Under the pieces are notes generated by a model. The model saw only the letters and a list, made by a program, of their open reading frames with translations, had not been told where the DNA came from and did no database searches. Position numbers and translations under genes: made by a program. A DNA stretch of 64,000 nt, taken from NCBI RefSeq assembly GCF_016433145.1, contig NC_058131.1:107797610-107861609 (forward strand). The letters are read 5' to 3'. Source of the DNA: Gracilinanus agilis. Its lineage: Eukaryota. The stretch's first letter is position 1; each line of letters starts with the position of its first letter. Below are positions 49,170 to 60,508 of the stretch, piece after piece.

Positions 49170-51200
49170 AGATCCTTGCAACTTGAAATTATGTAATTCT
49201 TTTTATTGTATTATTGAACTTTGAATAACTGAAGGCAGCTATCATATATTTCCTGGGTTTGTTCTTCTTTAGACAAACCACACTCCATGCATTGAATCAT
49301 TCTTCATATGATCTTGATTGAAGGCCTTTCACCATTTTGGTTGCTGCCCTCTGTATGCTCTCCAGAATAAATACAGAACTGAATACAGCATAACCTGATA
49401 TGGTCTAACTAAGGCACAATAAAAATCATAGTAATGGGACTACCATGCCCTTATTCCTGGAAGTAACAGGAAGTCTTGACTCTCTAAATGTGGTATAACT
49501 TGAATTGGCTCTTTTTATTGCTACATCAGAGCACTGATTCATATTGAAGCTGAAATTCCATAGCACCTCAAGTTTTTCTTGCACTCTGCTACCTAAACAT
49601 GACTCCCCAATTATTTATTTATGAAGTTGATTTTTTGAACCTATGTTCAATCCATTGCTCTAGTTTTTCAATACTTTCAGTTTGCAAATTTTAATGAGTT
49701 ACAGTATTCCACAACACGCATCTATTAATTTAGCAATAGTCATAAAGGGAAATATGTTTGATATGATTTACATTTGATAAACCCATGTCTGTAATCAGAC
49801 AAACATTTTCTCTGCTCTTGATCATAAACTAGTTTTGATTACTGTCCCTGCACTAGGTATGAAAGACAAATTCCTGGATCTATAATTTGAAGATCTTATT
49901 TTCTTTTCACTTCTGGAAATTAGGACATTTGCCCCATTCTGGACATTCCATTGTGCTTAAAAGATTAGAAAGAGTGGTTCAGTAATCATATGCTCAGTTA
50001 TTTCAGTACATGTTGTTTCTCTGTCTTAGATGATTTACAGAGCATATGCTATAATTTCAATCCCTTATTTCACTGATAGATTGGGTCTCCAGGAGGAACA
50101 ACTACTGCATCTCCTTTTAAGGACTAAGAGTAACTCTGAAAGGTGTTAGTATGGTTTAAAATGCAGTATTTCACAATCCCCACTTATTATTATTATTATT
50201 ATTATTATTAGTTGAAATAAATTAGCCAAATAGATTCAATAAGCTTTTAAAGACAAGTATTTACTAGGATGGTATAGTTTATACAAAACAGCCCTTCCCC
50301 ACTGATATTCTGTGACACACTCTACTACAAATAAATCAAGAATCCAGGAGAAGGTGTGCTCAATCTTAAATCATATTTGTCAAAATGTGTAGGTAACTCA
50401 CAACTTCTCCAGTCCTTTTGCTAAAGTTCTATAGATATTTCCCTTGAGTTCATTGTAGCTTTTCTTCTTGGTTCCATATAGATAGTCTTGAATTTGCCTT
50501 TCCTCCTAGAATCCAATCTGTTCTTACATTCTGATGTTGACAATGGCATACGTTGTTGCTGTTTTGAGGATACTGCTAGAATACTAATTTAAAGGTATAT
50601 TTGTCTTTAATGAGATATTTTTTCACCATTATTTACAGTTCCTGGAATTACTTACAAGTGTATAAGTTCTTAAAGTTGAATGTTCCTCTACCTCATCCCT
50701 CTTTCACATAACCTGTTTCTTTTGAATCAAACACAGCTACATATGTATGTATACAAACACACACACAGATATAATCTTGCATTCATAGATGTATGTCAAC
50801 ATTCTGGATTTTATTCCCAAAAGTCTATGAGATCAAATTTGTATCACTGTTTTAAGACTTCTAATTCTTCTTGCTTGTTTCCTGAATTTTGAGTCATTGC
50901 ATACAAGTATTTGAGGCTTTAGTCTCCCATTCCTATTTTTAAAGCATGGTAGGAAAATCTGAATCCTTTGCTAAGACATCATTTTCTTAGACAGCTATTC
51001 AATTTCTTTTTTTTCCTTTCTGAATCACTTTCCTTCATTGGACAATGAGGAAAGCAAGCTTGTGCCTTTATATATATATATATTTTTGGTTCTTGCCCAT
51101 GACTCTATAATATTTGTCAATATACTTTCTAGATTCCTCTGGCAGGATCTTTTATTCTCATGTGAATCATTCATGAATAACAGCCATCCATTTGATCAAC
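49170..51200 (-). mobile_element. Long CR1/L3 LINE remnant: ORF1 end, ORF2 start, RT region and 3' part
   Basis: Reverse strand near 50915 reads LKYLYAMTQNSGNKQEELEVL (CR1 ORF2 start CLYTNAxSMGNKQEELE); near 49950 TEPLFLIF...GANVL...NYRS (CR1 RT AEPLSIIF...ANV...NYRP). Confidence 0.7.
50184..50210. repeat. (TTA)9 microsatellite
   Basis: Directly visible. Confidence 0.95.
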
Positions 51201-51913
51201 TTTTAGGAATTTTTCACAACTTGAAAATAGAATGAATCAAGAAAGAAACTCAATTCCTTAAACCTTATGTCCAGGATTTTAAAATGTGATAATTGTGGGA
51301 AATTCTCTAAAAATAAATTCAAGCATAATTTTAATTTAAATGATTTAAGGAGAAAAAGAAAAATAATCAGTAGATGGGGAAATGTTTCTTCTAGAGAAAG
51401 TATGCATTAATTTGCATAAAATAATTTTCTAACAAATAAATAACTTGATAGGATATTTTCTCTACATAACTGTTCATTAGTTTAATGAGAAGACTACTTT
51501 CTGCATGATAAAATCTTAAAGGAAAACAGCTCTAATGTAACAAATAATATGTTCATGTGGTCTTTTTTTGGTAAAAGTATGCAAAATGTCCTTTGTATAA
51601 GCAGTTAGATTTCTTCTTTTCAATCATTGATATTATCCTATAAGAATCACTGATTCTATGTCCTACTCCCCTCAATAAACCCTGAAAACAATGGCATGTT
51701 AAACCTAAATTTTTGTTCTCCCTCCAATATCTCATTGGAACAAAGAAAACAGGACAGACTTTTAAAAACTAGAAATGTTCAATTCAACAACAAATATTTC
51801 CATGCTGCCATCTTGGAAGACAATGACTCAGTGAGGATGAAAAGACAAAAACATAATCATGTCTGTCATCATTGAGTTTGACTTCTATTGGACGTATGTA
51901 GTGTGTAATTTCT

Positions 51914-52100
51914 TTATTTTTTATTTATTTCTTTTTTAAATCCTTACCTTCTGTCTTAAAATCAATACTAAGTATTGGTTCCAAGGCAAAAGAGTGGTAA
52001 GGGCTTGGCAGTAGAGGTTAAGTGACTTCTCCAGGGTCACACAGTTAGAAAGCGTCTGAGGCCAGATTTGAATCTAAGACCTCCCCTCTCTAGGCCCACT
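51914..52100 (-). mobile_element. Opossum tRNA-derived SINE, slightly 5'-truncated
   Basis: aaatccttaccttctgtcttaaaatcaatactaagtattggttccaaggcaaaagagtggtaagggc...gtctgaggccagatttgaatc. Confidence 0.9.
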
Positions 52101-52559
52101 GTGAATCCCTAGACAGATAATAGAAGCAGTTAATTTTTGTATACTTTTTTTTAGTTTGTGAAAGGATCTATCCCAACCACTAATAATTCATTTCCTTGTA
52201 GTTGCCATCTGTAAGGCATGAAAATATGTAAAACTCATTATCATTTCCTGGGGGAAAAAAAACCAAAACTTTAGATTAAGGGAGTAGAATGAAGATCTCA
52301 CAATACAATTATAACAATTTTCTCTAAAACCTAGAATATATCTAAGTGATTTTAAGCTATCAGAAAGATAAAAATGTTTTCATTATAATAAAATGTCCCT
52401 GGATGAACCCTGATGATATGACTGTAACAAGACTCCATGTAACATGGCTTCTTATTCAAATGTGGATACATTTTTTAAGAGATCTACCTTCATGTTTTTA
52501 TTTAGTGTTTTAATAGATAGGTAAACTCAGAAATGAGGATAGGCAGGTGATGGAGGGGT

Positions 52560-52777
52560 TTGATTGACTGCTCTAGAGTCAGGAAGCCTTGAGTTCAAAT
52601 CTGTTCTTAGACACTTTCTGTATGATCATCTGTAAGTCATATTACCCTTTTTATCTCAGTTTCTTCATATATAAAATGTACCGAAGAAGGAATCAACAAA
52701 CCATTTCAGTATCTTTGCCAAGAAATCCTCAAATAGGGTCACAAAAAGTCACACATGACTGAATCAAATGAACAATA
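52560..52777 (+). mobile_element. MAR1-type SINE
   Basis: gagtcaggaagccttgagttcaaatc...aaaccatttcagtatctttgccaagaaa...ggggtcac-like tail, gactgaatcaaatgaacaa. Confidence 0.8.
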
Positions 52778-52789
52778 AAATTCAAAAAT

Positions 52790-53470
52790 GCTTTACAAAA
52801 CAAAGTTTACATTTATCTGCTTTTCTCCACTCTCAGGACTATCAATGTAATTCAATCTCTAATCACTTTTCTCCTGGAAGGCTAAAATATTGCCCTAATA
52901 TCAAGGTCTCCATGGCTACTTTCTTAACATGTCCAATCCATACTCCAGAGGGTTTATAAATTGGTATCCCTAAAGCATATTATTGGCCATGTTATTTCCT
53001 TGTTCCCAAAGCTCTAATGATTGCCTTTTCCCTCAAGGACAAAATAAAATTCCTTTGTGTGACTTTTATAATCTTTTACTATCTGGCTCCAGGCAACTCT
53101 TTTCCAGTATATTGCATGTTCTTCTCCTTCACATATTTTATGTTCCAGCCATGCTAGTATGCTTACTATTCAGGATACAGAATATTTCATTGCTCATCTT
53201 TGGACATTATATAGTCACTCCTGGAATGCATTTCTATCCTTATCTTTGCCTCACACATGATTCCTAGTACGCTCTTTAACAATAAGTCCATTTTGATTAC
53301 CTCAAATACTAGTGCCCTCCCTGAGAAATTATTGATAAAAACATATTTTCCTATAGCTATGTTGTTTCTCCTCATTAGAATGTATATTTTAAGAGGGCAG
53401 GGCTGTTTCGTTTTTACTTATGATGTAGTACCATACATAACACACAGTAAGGGCTAAATGAATAAGCATA
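52790..53470 (+). mobile_element. L2 3' region
   Basis: aacatgtccaatcc...gattgccttttccctcaaggacaaaataaaattcc...tagaatgtatattttaagagggcagggctgtttc. Confidence 0.7.
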
Positions 53471-54609
53471 TAGGCAAAAATATTTTAAAAAACCAATGCA
53501 GTGTCACTGGTAATTAATAAGCTCTAGCAATTTAAATATAGAAATTATTATTTCTAGGCCACATACAATAATGGTTTCAAACTTAAAAGTTTTAGGTTGT
53601 CAATGGTTTTGGGACAGGTCAGACAATAACCACTGTATGGGCAGAAAAGATGGTGGGGACTAAATGTAAATAATTTGTCTCCAATATAACAAAAGTGGGT
53701 AGTGGCACAGCTGGAAATAGAATCTAACACATTTTGTTTCTTTAGAGTAAAATTTCAGGCACTTGAATTAAAATGCTAATATGCCTAAAAGTGTGAAGCA
53801 GTCTAAAGTTAAGAATTTCTGCATTCTTAAGAAATACTGCATTCAACAGCATACTGATTTATACTAGAGGCTCCTCATTTTTCAAAATTGTGTAATCCCT
53901 GAACTATTTAACATCTGCTATTCAAAATACAGGAGAGGCTCATGAAAGGTAACAAAATTTTATTTCAACAAGAAAGGAATCTTTTTTGATATTTTTAGAT
54001 TCAAAATTTTATTTTTTTAATTGAAAGTACGGCCCTTGAACATTAAGAGGCACATTACAATTTAAAATTGTTTCCAATAAAGATTTCAAAATATGGAGGT
54101 GTCAATTAAATAATTCAATTAATTTTATAAAACTTATTTAAACAATAGTATGCTAATTACTAGAAAAGCAAAACAGTCTAGATGAGTCATGATATTGTCC
54201 TAAGGGAGACGACAGTCTGTTCAAATGGTGAGAATGCTAGTATAAAAATTTTGTGTTTAATATTTTAGTGGTTTAAGTAATAATCTTCTAATTCTTTATA
54301 CTTCTGGAATCAATGAATATGTTCAACCCAGTGTCAATTGAGAAGACCTGAATCTGAGGTTTTCCATTTACTAGTTATTTTGGGCAAGTCACTTCAATAA
54401 TCTAAACCCTTTATTTAAAAGATTATAGCAATTTATTATGGGAAAAAGTATACATTTTGTTGGATATTAAATTTAAGACATTTAATCACATTGTGAGTGA
54501 TCTCTTTTAAAATTATCAATATTTTGTATTGAGGCAGTGAAAAAAAGTCAGTCACTCACTTTTGGGGAAGTTGTATTTTCTTTTGTGTTAAAAAAAGGAG
54601 AGTATAACA

Positions 54610-54790
54610 AGATTATGAATTAAAGAGCTTTAAATCTTGTCAACCTGTTCATTTTACAAATGAGGAAACTGAGGCTCAAGGAATTAAGTGACTTGCCCAA
54701 TGTCACAGATGGCATTAGAAATGCATTTGGACAGAGCATGTCTAACTCTAATTCCATACTGCTTCATTTTAACATTCTATTATTCAGTTC
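54610..54790 (-). mobile_element. MIR3-like SINE
   Basis: cattttacaaatgaggaaactgaggctcaaggaattaagtgacttgcccaatgtcaca. Confidence 0.6.
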
Positions 54791-55689
54791 ACACACATAT
54801 ATATTTAGAACCCCATATTTCACATCAATGAGTACACAGGAAGTAGAGAGTTTGGAGAATTTAAGTTCTTCTCTTTAAATTTCTTTTGGTTTCTCTTCAA
54901 CAAATCAGCTATTTGCTCTTTGGCAGGAGAACTCTTAGACATCTTACAAATAGAGCAGAATCTCTTTGCCTGACACTATTTTAAGAGAATCATATGGCAA
55001 AACTTGCCATTGGTGGTACAAAATAATAAACAAGCCCTGATTTACTTTACAAAAAGGGAGGGGGAAAAGTATGGCTTATATATTTTACTGTTTTCTTGCC
55101 AGAAGAAAAACCAGAAAATTTTCTGTTTTAATTTCTTTAATGGATCATATTTACAATTATATCAGTAAATAAGTAACTGGATCTTATTTTTCATTACTAT
55201 GAGATGTTTGGTAAAATTGTACTTTGTTGGGTTGTGTTTTGGGGATCTTATCCACTCCTATCACCTTTAAATGTATCCTCCTTATTCCATCTATTTACCA
55301 AGCCAAACTCCTTACTTGTAAATGGAAAATGAGTTATGTGAGATACTGATAAGTTGTTAGAAGAAGTTAGTTAAATACATAGGAAGGTTCCTTATTAGCT
55401 TTTATTTCCAAGGAGTCTCTAAGGCATAATAAGAAAATGTTATATGTAAGGCAGCTAGCCAGATCAAGGCATTAGGGCAATAATGATATTTAATGGCACT
55501 GATGAAGGGAGAGCATCATAAATGGACATAGAATTGATTATCCTGAATAAAAATTATCCCTATAACATTCCCTGATTTGAGAAATCTCTGTGGCTTCTAA
55601 GTCAAAAACAAAATCCTCTGTAAGGGATTTAGAGTCCTTTCACGATGTGACTACAAACAAATTTTTCAATATGAAACTTATTTTTACCA

Positions 55690-55810
55690 CTGGCAGTAGT
55701 GGCAGAGTGAATAGAGCCCCTGCTCTGGAGTCATGAAAACCTGAGTTTAACTACACTCTTAGACACTTAATAGCTATGGGACAGCGTGGAAGTCATTTAA
55801 CATTTTTTTG
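55690..55810 (+). mobile_element. MIR 5' half (split by L1)
   Basis: gaatagagcccctgctctggagtcatgaaaacctgagttt...gaagtcatttaac, breaks at the CORE. Confidence 0.6.
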
Positions 55811-55814
55811 TATG

Positions 55815-57010
55815 CAAGCATATTTATTTTAACATATAAATTAACATAATATATATGATTTGTTTTAAATATGTAATAAGTTACAATCAATATGCTTAAC
55901 CAAGAAAAACATATTTGCACATTAGCTACATCCAAAAATCTATGTTTCATTCTTTCCCCCCTCTATTATTCCTCATTGTTCCCAAGAAGGAAAGTATTAT
56001 GATATATGTCTTACATATATGAACATATATTATCATATAACACATATTTATCTATTTGTCATGTTGTGAAACAATACACATATTGTTTATACTAGAGAAA
56101 AAAATCATGAAGGAAATAAAGGACAAAAAATGTTATGTTTCAATTTGAATTCAGCCTCTTTTCTAAGGCAGTGTACATCTTTTTTTGCCATGAATCCCTT
56201 GGAGTTTTCCTGAATCCTTATCATGTTGATTAGTCATTGACAGTTGATCATCATACATTATTTTTGTTACTGTGCAATATATTCTCTTGGTTCTGCTCAC
56301 TTCATTTTGCATTATCTCATCTAAATCTTTCCAAGCTCTATTGGGATCACCTTGTTTGTGATTTCTTAAGGGCCAATAGTACACAAGCATAGAACACAAC
56401 TTGTTTAGCCGTTCCCCAATAGATGGATATCCCTCCAGTTTCTATTTCTTTGCCACCAAAAAGAGAATTGCTTTAGATAATGTAGAGCAGTGATTCCCAA
56501 AGTGGGCGCCACTGTCCCTTGGTGGGTGCTACAGCGATCCAGGGGAGCGGTGATGGCCACATTGTTTTTGTATTACATTCTATTCTGAGTTCAATAAATA
56601 GTTTCATAATTTCCAGGGTGCGCTAAGTAATATTTTTTCTGGAAAGGGGGTGGTAGGCCAAAAAAGGTTGGGAACCACTGATTTAGAGTAGAGTTTCTTT
56701 TCATTTTTCCTTAATCACTTTAGGAAATGAACCTAATCATATCATTACTGAGTCAAAAAAAATATGCACAGTTTTATAACTCTTTTAATATAATCTCAGA
56801 TTACTCTCCAAAGTGGTTGGATCAGTTAAGTTTTTTCAGTAATGTTTTTCTGGCCCTATTTTTCCACATCACTGACAAAACTTCAACATTTTATCATTTT
56901 TGCTAGCCTTGTAGTTGATACCTCAGACCTGTTTTGATTTGCTTTTCTCTAATCAATAGTGATCATTTTTTTCATACTTATATACAGCTATATATAATCT
57001 CTTAATTTCT
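55815..57010 (-). mobile_element. Old L1 3' end (ORF2 C-terminus and 3'UTR)
   Basis: ttgtttagccgttccccaatagatggatatccctccagtttctatttctttgccacc and ctccaaagtggttggatcagtt are reversed L1 3' hallmarks. Confidence 0.85.
56488..56680 (+). mobile_element. hAT MITE, 193 bp, family A variant, nested in L1
   Basis: TIRs cagtgattcccaa / ttgggaaccactg; TSD atgtagag / atttagag (7 of 8). Confidence 0.96.
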
Positions 57011-57190
57011 ATTTGCTTCAGGAAACTGAAATTTTGTTTAAGGAAACTCAGCTGGAAAATGGTGACAATAACTACACCTACCTCCACAGGGATGTTGTGA
57101 GGATCAAGTCAAATATTATTTGTAAAAGTGCTTAGTACATTGACTGGCATATAGTAGCACTATATAAATGCTTATTCTCTTCCCTTCCTG
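57010..57190 (+). mobile_element. MIR 3' half
   Basis: gctggaaaatggtgacaataactacacctacctccacagggatgttgtgaggatcaa...gtgcttagtacattgactggcatatagtag. Confidence 0.7.
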
Positions 57191-57366
57191 ATTCCTGTCT
57201 TTCCTATAATAAATGCTGGCTTTTCTTTAAATCTGGAATACATATCTGCTCTCTTCCACACAACTCCCAAAATCCAATTAAGGCCCAGCTCCAAACTGCA
57301 TCGCTTTACAGGCAGGCTTTTCCTGGCTGCTTCCCCACAATTGTAACCACTTCCTATCCCTTAGGA

Positions 57367-57612
57367 TTGTTGTTGTTGTTGTTTAGTTGTTTTTTGGCTG
57401 TGTCTGATTCTTTGTGACTCCATTTGTGATTTTCTTGGCTAAATACTGGAGAGGTTTGCCATTTCTTTCTCCAGATCATTTTACATTTGAGCAGATTGTG
57501 GGAAACGAGGTTAAGTGACATGCCCAAGGTCTCACAGCTAGTAAGGCCAAAGTTGAACTCCAGTCTTCCTGACTCCAGACCTGGAGCTCTATCCACTGCA
57601 TCTGTCTGTCCC
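57367..57612 (-). mobile_element. MAR1-type SINE, full length
   Basis: (TTG)n tail, ttcttggctaaatactggagaggtttgccatttctttctccag, ttgaactccagtcttcctgactccag. Confidence 0.85.
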
Positions 57613-57639
57613 AATTGTGCTTCATATTACATTATATTA

Positions 57640-57790
57640 TATTAATCATATTATATTATATGTCATATAATATGTATATGTGTGTATACAGATATATATA
57701 TACTATAAATATATGTGTATATAAAGCATATATACAATATACATATATATTATATATACATATATGTGCACATTATACTTATCTATATTG
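57640..57790. repeat. TA/CA-rich low-complexity tract
   Basis: Directly visible. Confidence 0.85.
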
Positions 57791-58562
57791 AATTATATTT
57801 GTATAGGGTATGCTTTTCCCTTCCAGTAAGAATGCTAAAGGCAGGGACTGTTATCTCTTGTGCCTTCATATCTCTAGTAGTTAAAAGCACTTGGCAAAAA
57901 GTGAGTACTTCCTAAATATTTATTAAATTGTGTTGAATTGAAAGCATTTTTATGTAATGAAAAAAAATTCACTAAGAGCAACTATTATTCACTACCTACT
58001 AATTATTTCCTTTCTACAAAATCTCCTACCTGCTTTCAAATCATCCTAGGTTTTACCTGAATTCAAATAATGCCTTGATGGTTATTGTTTTCAGAATTTA
58101 TCTTTAGAGCTATGATCAGTTTGACTGTTTCCTTTTAATGAATTGTAGACTTAGATTCCTGGATTTTTTTGTACAAAAGGTCCTTCAAAGCAAGGTTTAT
58201 GAGTCAAACCATCCTTAGTTAGAATGATCTTTGACAGTTTCTGGAGAGAAACTTGTACCATATTAGGCACTATTTGAATAAGCTTTTGTTTTCTTTTAGT
58301 TGTTTTTTAAACAGAATTGTATAACCTGGGAAACTAAGTCAGAAGCAATTTTTGAAGGACACATAACTAACTAGTATGTGGGCATGAAACAGAATGTGGG
58401 TCTTTTTTTTTCAAAAATTATACTGTCTTGCTTGATACATTGAATTCCTTTTCACTTGGAAATAGATATTCCACACCAAGCCTCAGAAAGGCCAGTGGAA
58501 AGTTCTTAAACTTCATTGGAAACTTATGAATAAAATGCTTTTCTTGGGATCATGCAGGTCCA

Positions 58563-58647
58563 GTTTTGACTGGAAGCAAAATATTGGTTTGGATGACCTA
58601 TTCACGTCAAATCCATCACTTATAAAATCATAAAGGGTTTGAATTCA
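58563..58647 (+). repeat. 85 bp direct repeat, copy A
   Basis: 78 of 85 positions identical to 60220-60304 without gaps (hand alignment). Confidence 0.95.
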
Positions 58648-58726
58648 CCCAGCAAATATTTGGTGTTTATTATGTATCAGGCATTGGGAATATAAATATG
58701 AGAGGGAAAAACACCTCCCATTAAGG

Positions 58727-58916
58727 CAGAGTTTGGCAATGTATGGCTCTTTTGAGGACCAGATGTGGCTCTTTCTGCAGGAGCCATAAAGTCAATTTTT
58801 TTTTTCAGGCGCTGTTACAGGAGCAGCACTGTGAGCACTGCACGGCTATCACGAAATTACATTTTAAAAAATGTGGCGTTTATGGCTCTCACGGTCAAAA
58901 AGGTTGCCAACCCCTG
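58727..58916 (+). mobile_element. hAT MITE, 190 bp, family B
   Basis: TIRs cagagtttggcaa / ttgccaacccctg (11 of 13); TSD cattaagg / ctttaagg (7 of 8). Confidence 0.93.
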
Positions 58917-59389
58917 CTTTAAGGTAATGGCTCTAAATTTGTCTTTCCACAGTTTTATTATGAGAATTTGGGGGGAGTGTTGTTAGAACCTATGATTTAA
59001 TTAGTGTGAGGAATTTTAGAATAGCAATTTCTCCCCAATAATTAAGATTAGTGGGTCATCTACAGTTTGTAATATCTGGCACAGTGAGAAGGATTTGGTT
59101 TATGGTTGGTTAGACAGTGGCAGAAGCAGGTTTTTCTGCTCTCAAGATGTGATTTCTATCCATAAAGTTCCTAATGACCAAAGTTGCTAAATATTTGCAA
59201 CATCCATAACTTGGACCATTTCCACAAGTCCCACTTTCATTGTCAGGCCAGATCTGCAGAAGGTGTTGTATTACTTCTCCCCTCAGAAATCACATCTTTC
59301 TCCCAATTCAGGGAAATTTCCTACATGACTATCAGTTGGCCTGTTGCTGGAATGAAGTTCTACATTCACAGGCATGATTAATTCTTTTC

Positions 59390-60034
59390 AAATTCCTTCA
59401 ATTTCTTCTTCTCTTATTGCTATAGCTAGCATTTCTAGTAAAGCAATATTGAAGAATGTTGGTGAGAATAGGCATCCTCATATTACTCGGAAGGCTTCTA
59501 GCTTATCCTCATGATGTTTGCTAATGATTTTAGTTGCCATTTATCTTTCTGAAGAACATTTGACTTATTCCAATGTTCTCTAGTGTTTTTTAATAGCAAT
59601 GGGTGTTGTATTTTGTCAAAAGCTTTTTTCTGCATCTGTGGAAATAAATAAATAGTTTCTGCTGTTTTGTTATTGATATGGTCAATTAAGCTGATAGTTT
59701 TCCTAATATTGAACCATCCCTGCATTTGTGGTATAAAATACACCTGGTCATACTTTATGATTCTTGTAATATATTATTGTAATCTCCTTGCTAGTATTTT
59801 GCTTAATGTTATTATATCAATATTCATTAGGGATGTTGGTCTATAGTTTTCTTTCTCTGTTTCTTTGTTCTTCTTGGTTTAGGTATCACCAGCATGTATC
59901 TGTCATAAAAGGAATCTTGTAGATTTCCTTCCACATATATTTTTTCCAAATAATTTGTAGCAATAGAATTAATTGTTCTTTAAAAGTTTGGTAGAATTCA
60001 CTTGTAAATACATCTGGCCCTGGGACTTTTTCAA
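59390..60034 (-). mobile_element. Internal L1 ORF2 RT fragment flanked by a TSD
   Basis: ORF 59498..59743(-) FIPQMQGWFNIRKTI...KAFDKIQHP is L1 RT; catgattaatt(c)ttttc at 59373-59389 and 60035-60050. Confidence 0.9.
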
Positions 60035-60219
60035 CATGATTAATTTTTTCAACCAGTCACAAAATATTTCTCATGTGGCATCATCAGCTTTAATCCAAAG
60101 ATCAAAACACTTTATTCCTTCCAAATGAGTTAAGGATATTCCTCACCTAGTGTACACCTTTGATTGAATGATTTATTGGAGAGGTCTAAGACTTTAATGT
60201 TACTATTACTGAAGTGGAG

Positions 60220-60304
60220 GTTTTGACTAGAAGCAAAATATTGGTTTGGATGACCTATTCACGTCACATCCATCACTTACAAAAGCAAAATGCGTTTGAA
60301 TTCA
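60220..60304 (+). repeat. 85 bp direct repeat, copy B
   Basis: See 58563-58647. Confidence 0.95.
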
Positions 60305-60465
60305 TATTCAATGCTCACTTATTAAATAATAATTACATATTTTATTACTTCAATATTGAGTATCTTAATTCAAAAATACTTATTAAGCACCTACTATTTC
60401 AATAAGGATGAAGCGTGAATATAAGAGTACATAGAGTGTTTGGTTGGAATAAAAAATAATGGGGC

Positions 60466-60508
60466 TCAAATCCTGTTTCTTTTTTTTTTTTTTTCAAATC
60501 CTGTTTCT
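60466..60508 (-). mobile_element. Orphan poly(A) retro-insertion (13 nt) with 15 bp TSD
   Basis: tcaaatcctgtttct [T13] tcaaatcctgtttct; the minus strand gives a TT/AGAA L1-endonuclease-like site. Confidence 0.8.

Noticed and set aside
54927-54975. Acceptor followed by protein-like GELLDILQIEQNLFA*; similar acceptor-plus-short-frame cases near 47836, 62297 and 62921
   Set aside because: Peptides not recognised, and no good donor or convincing terminal-exon context.
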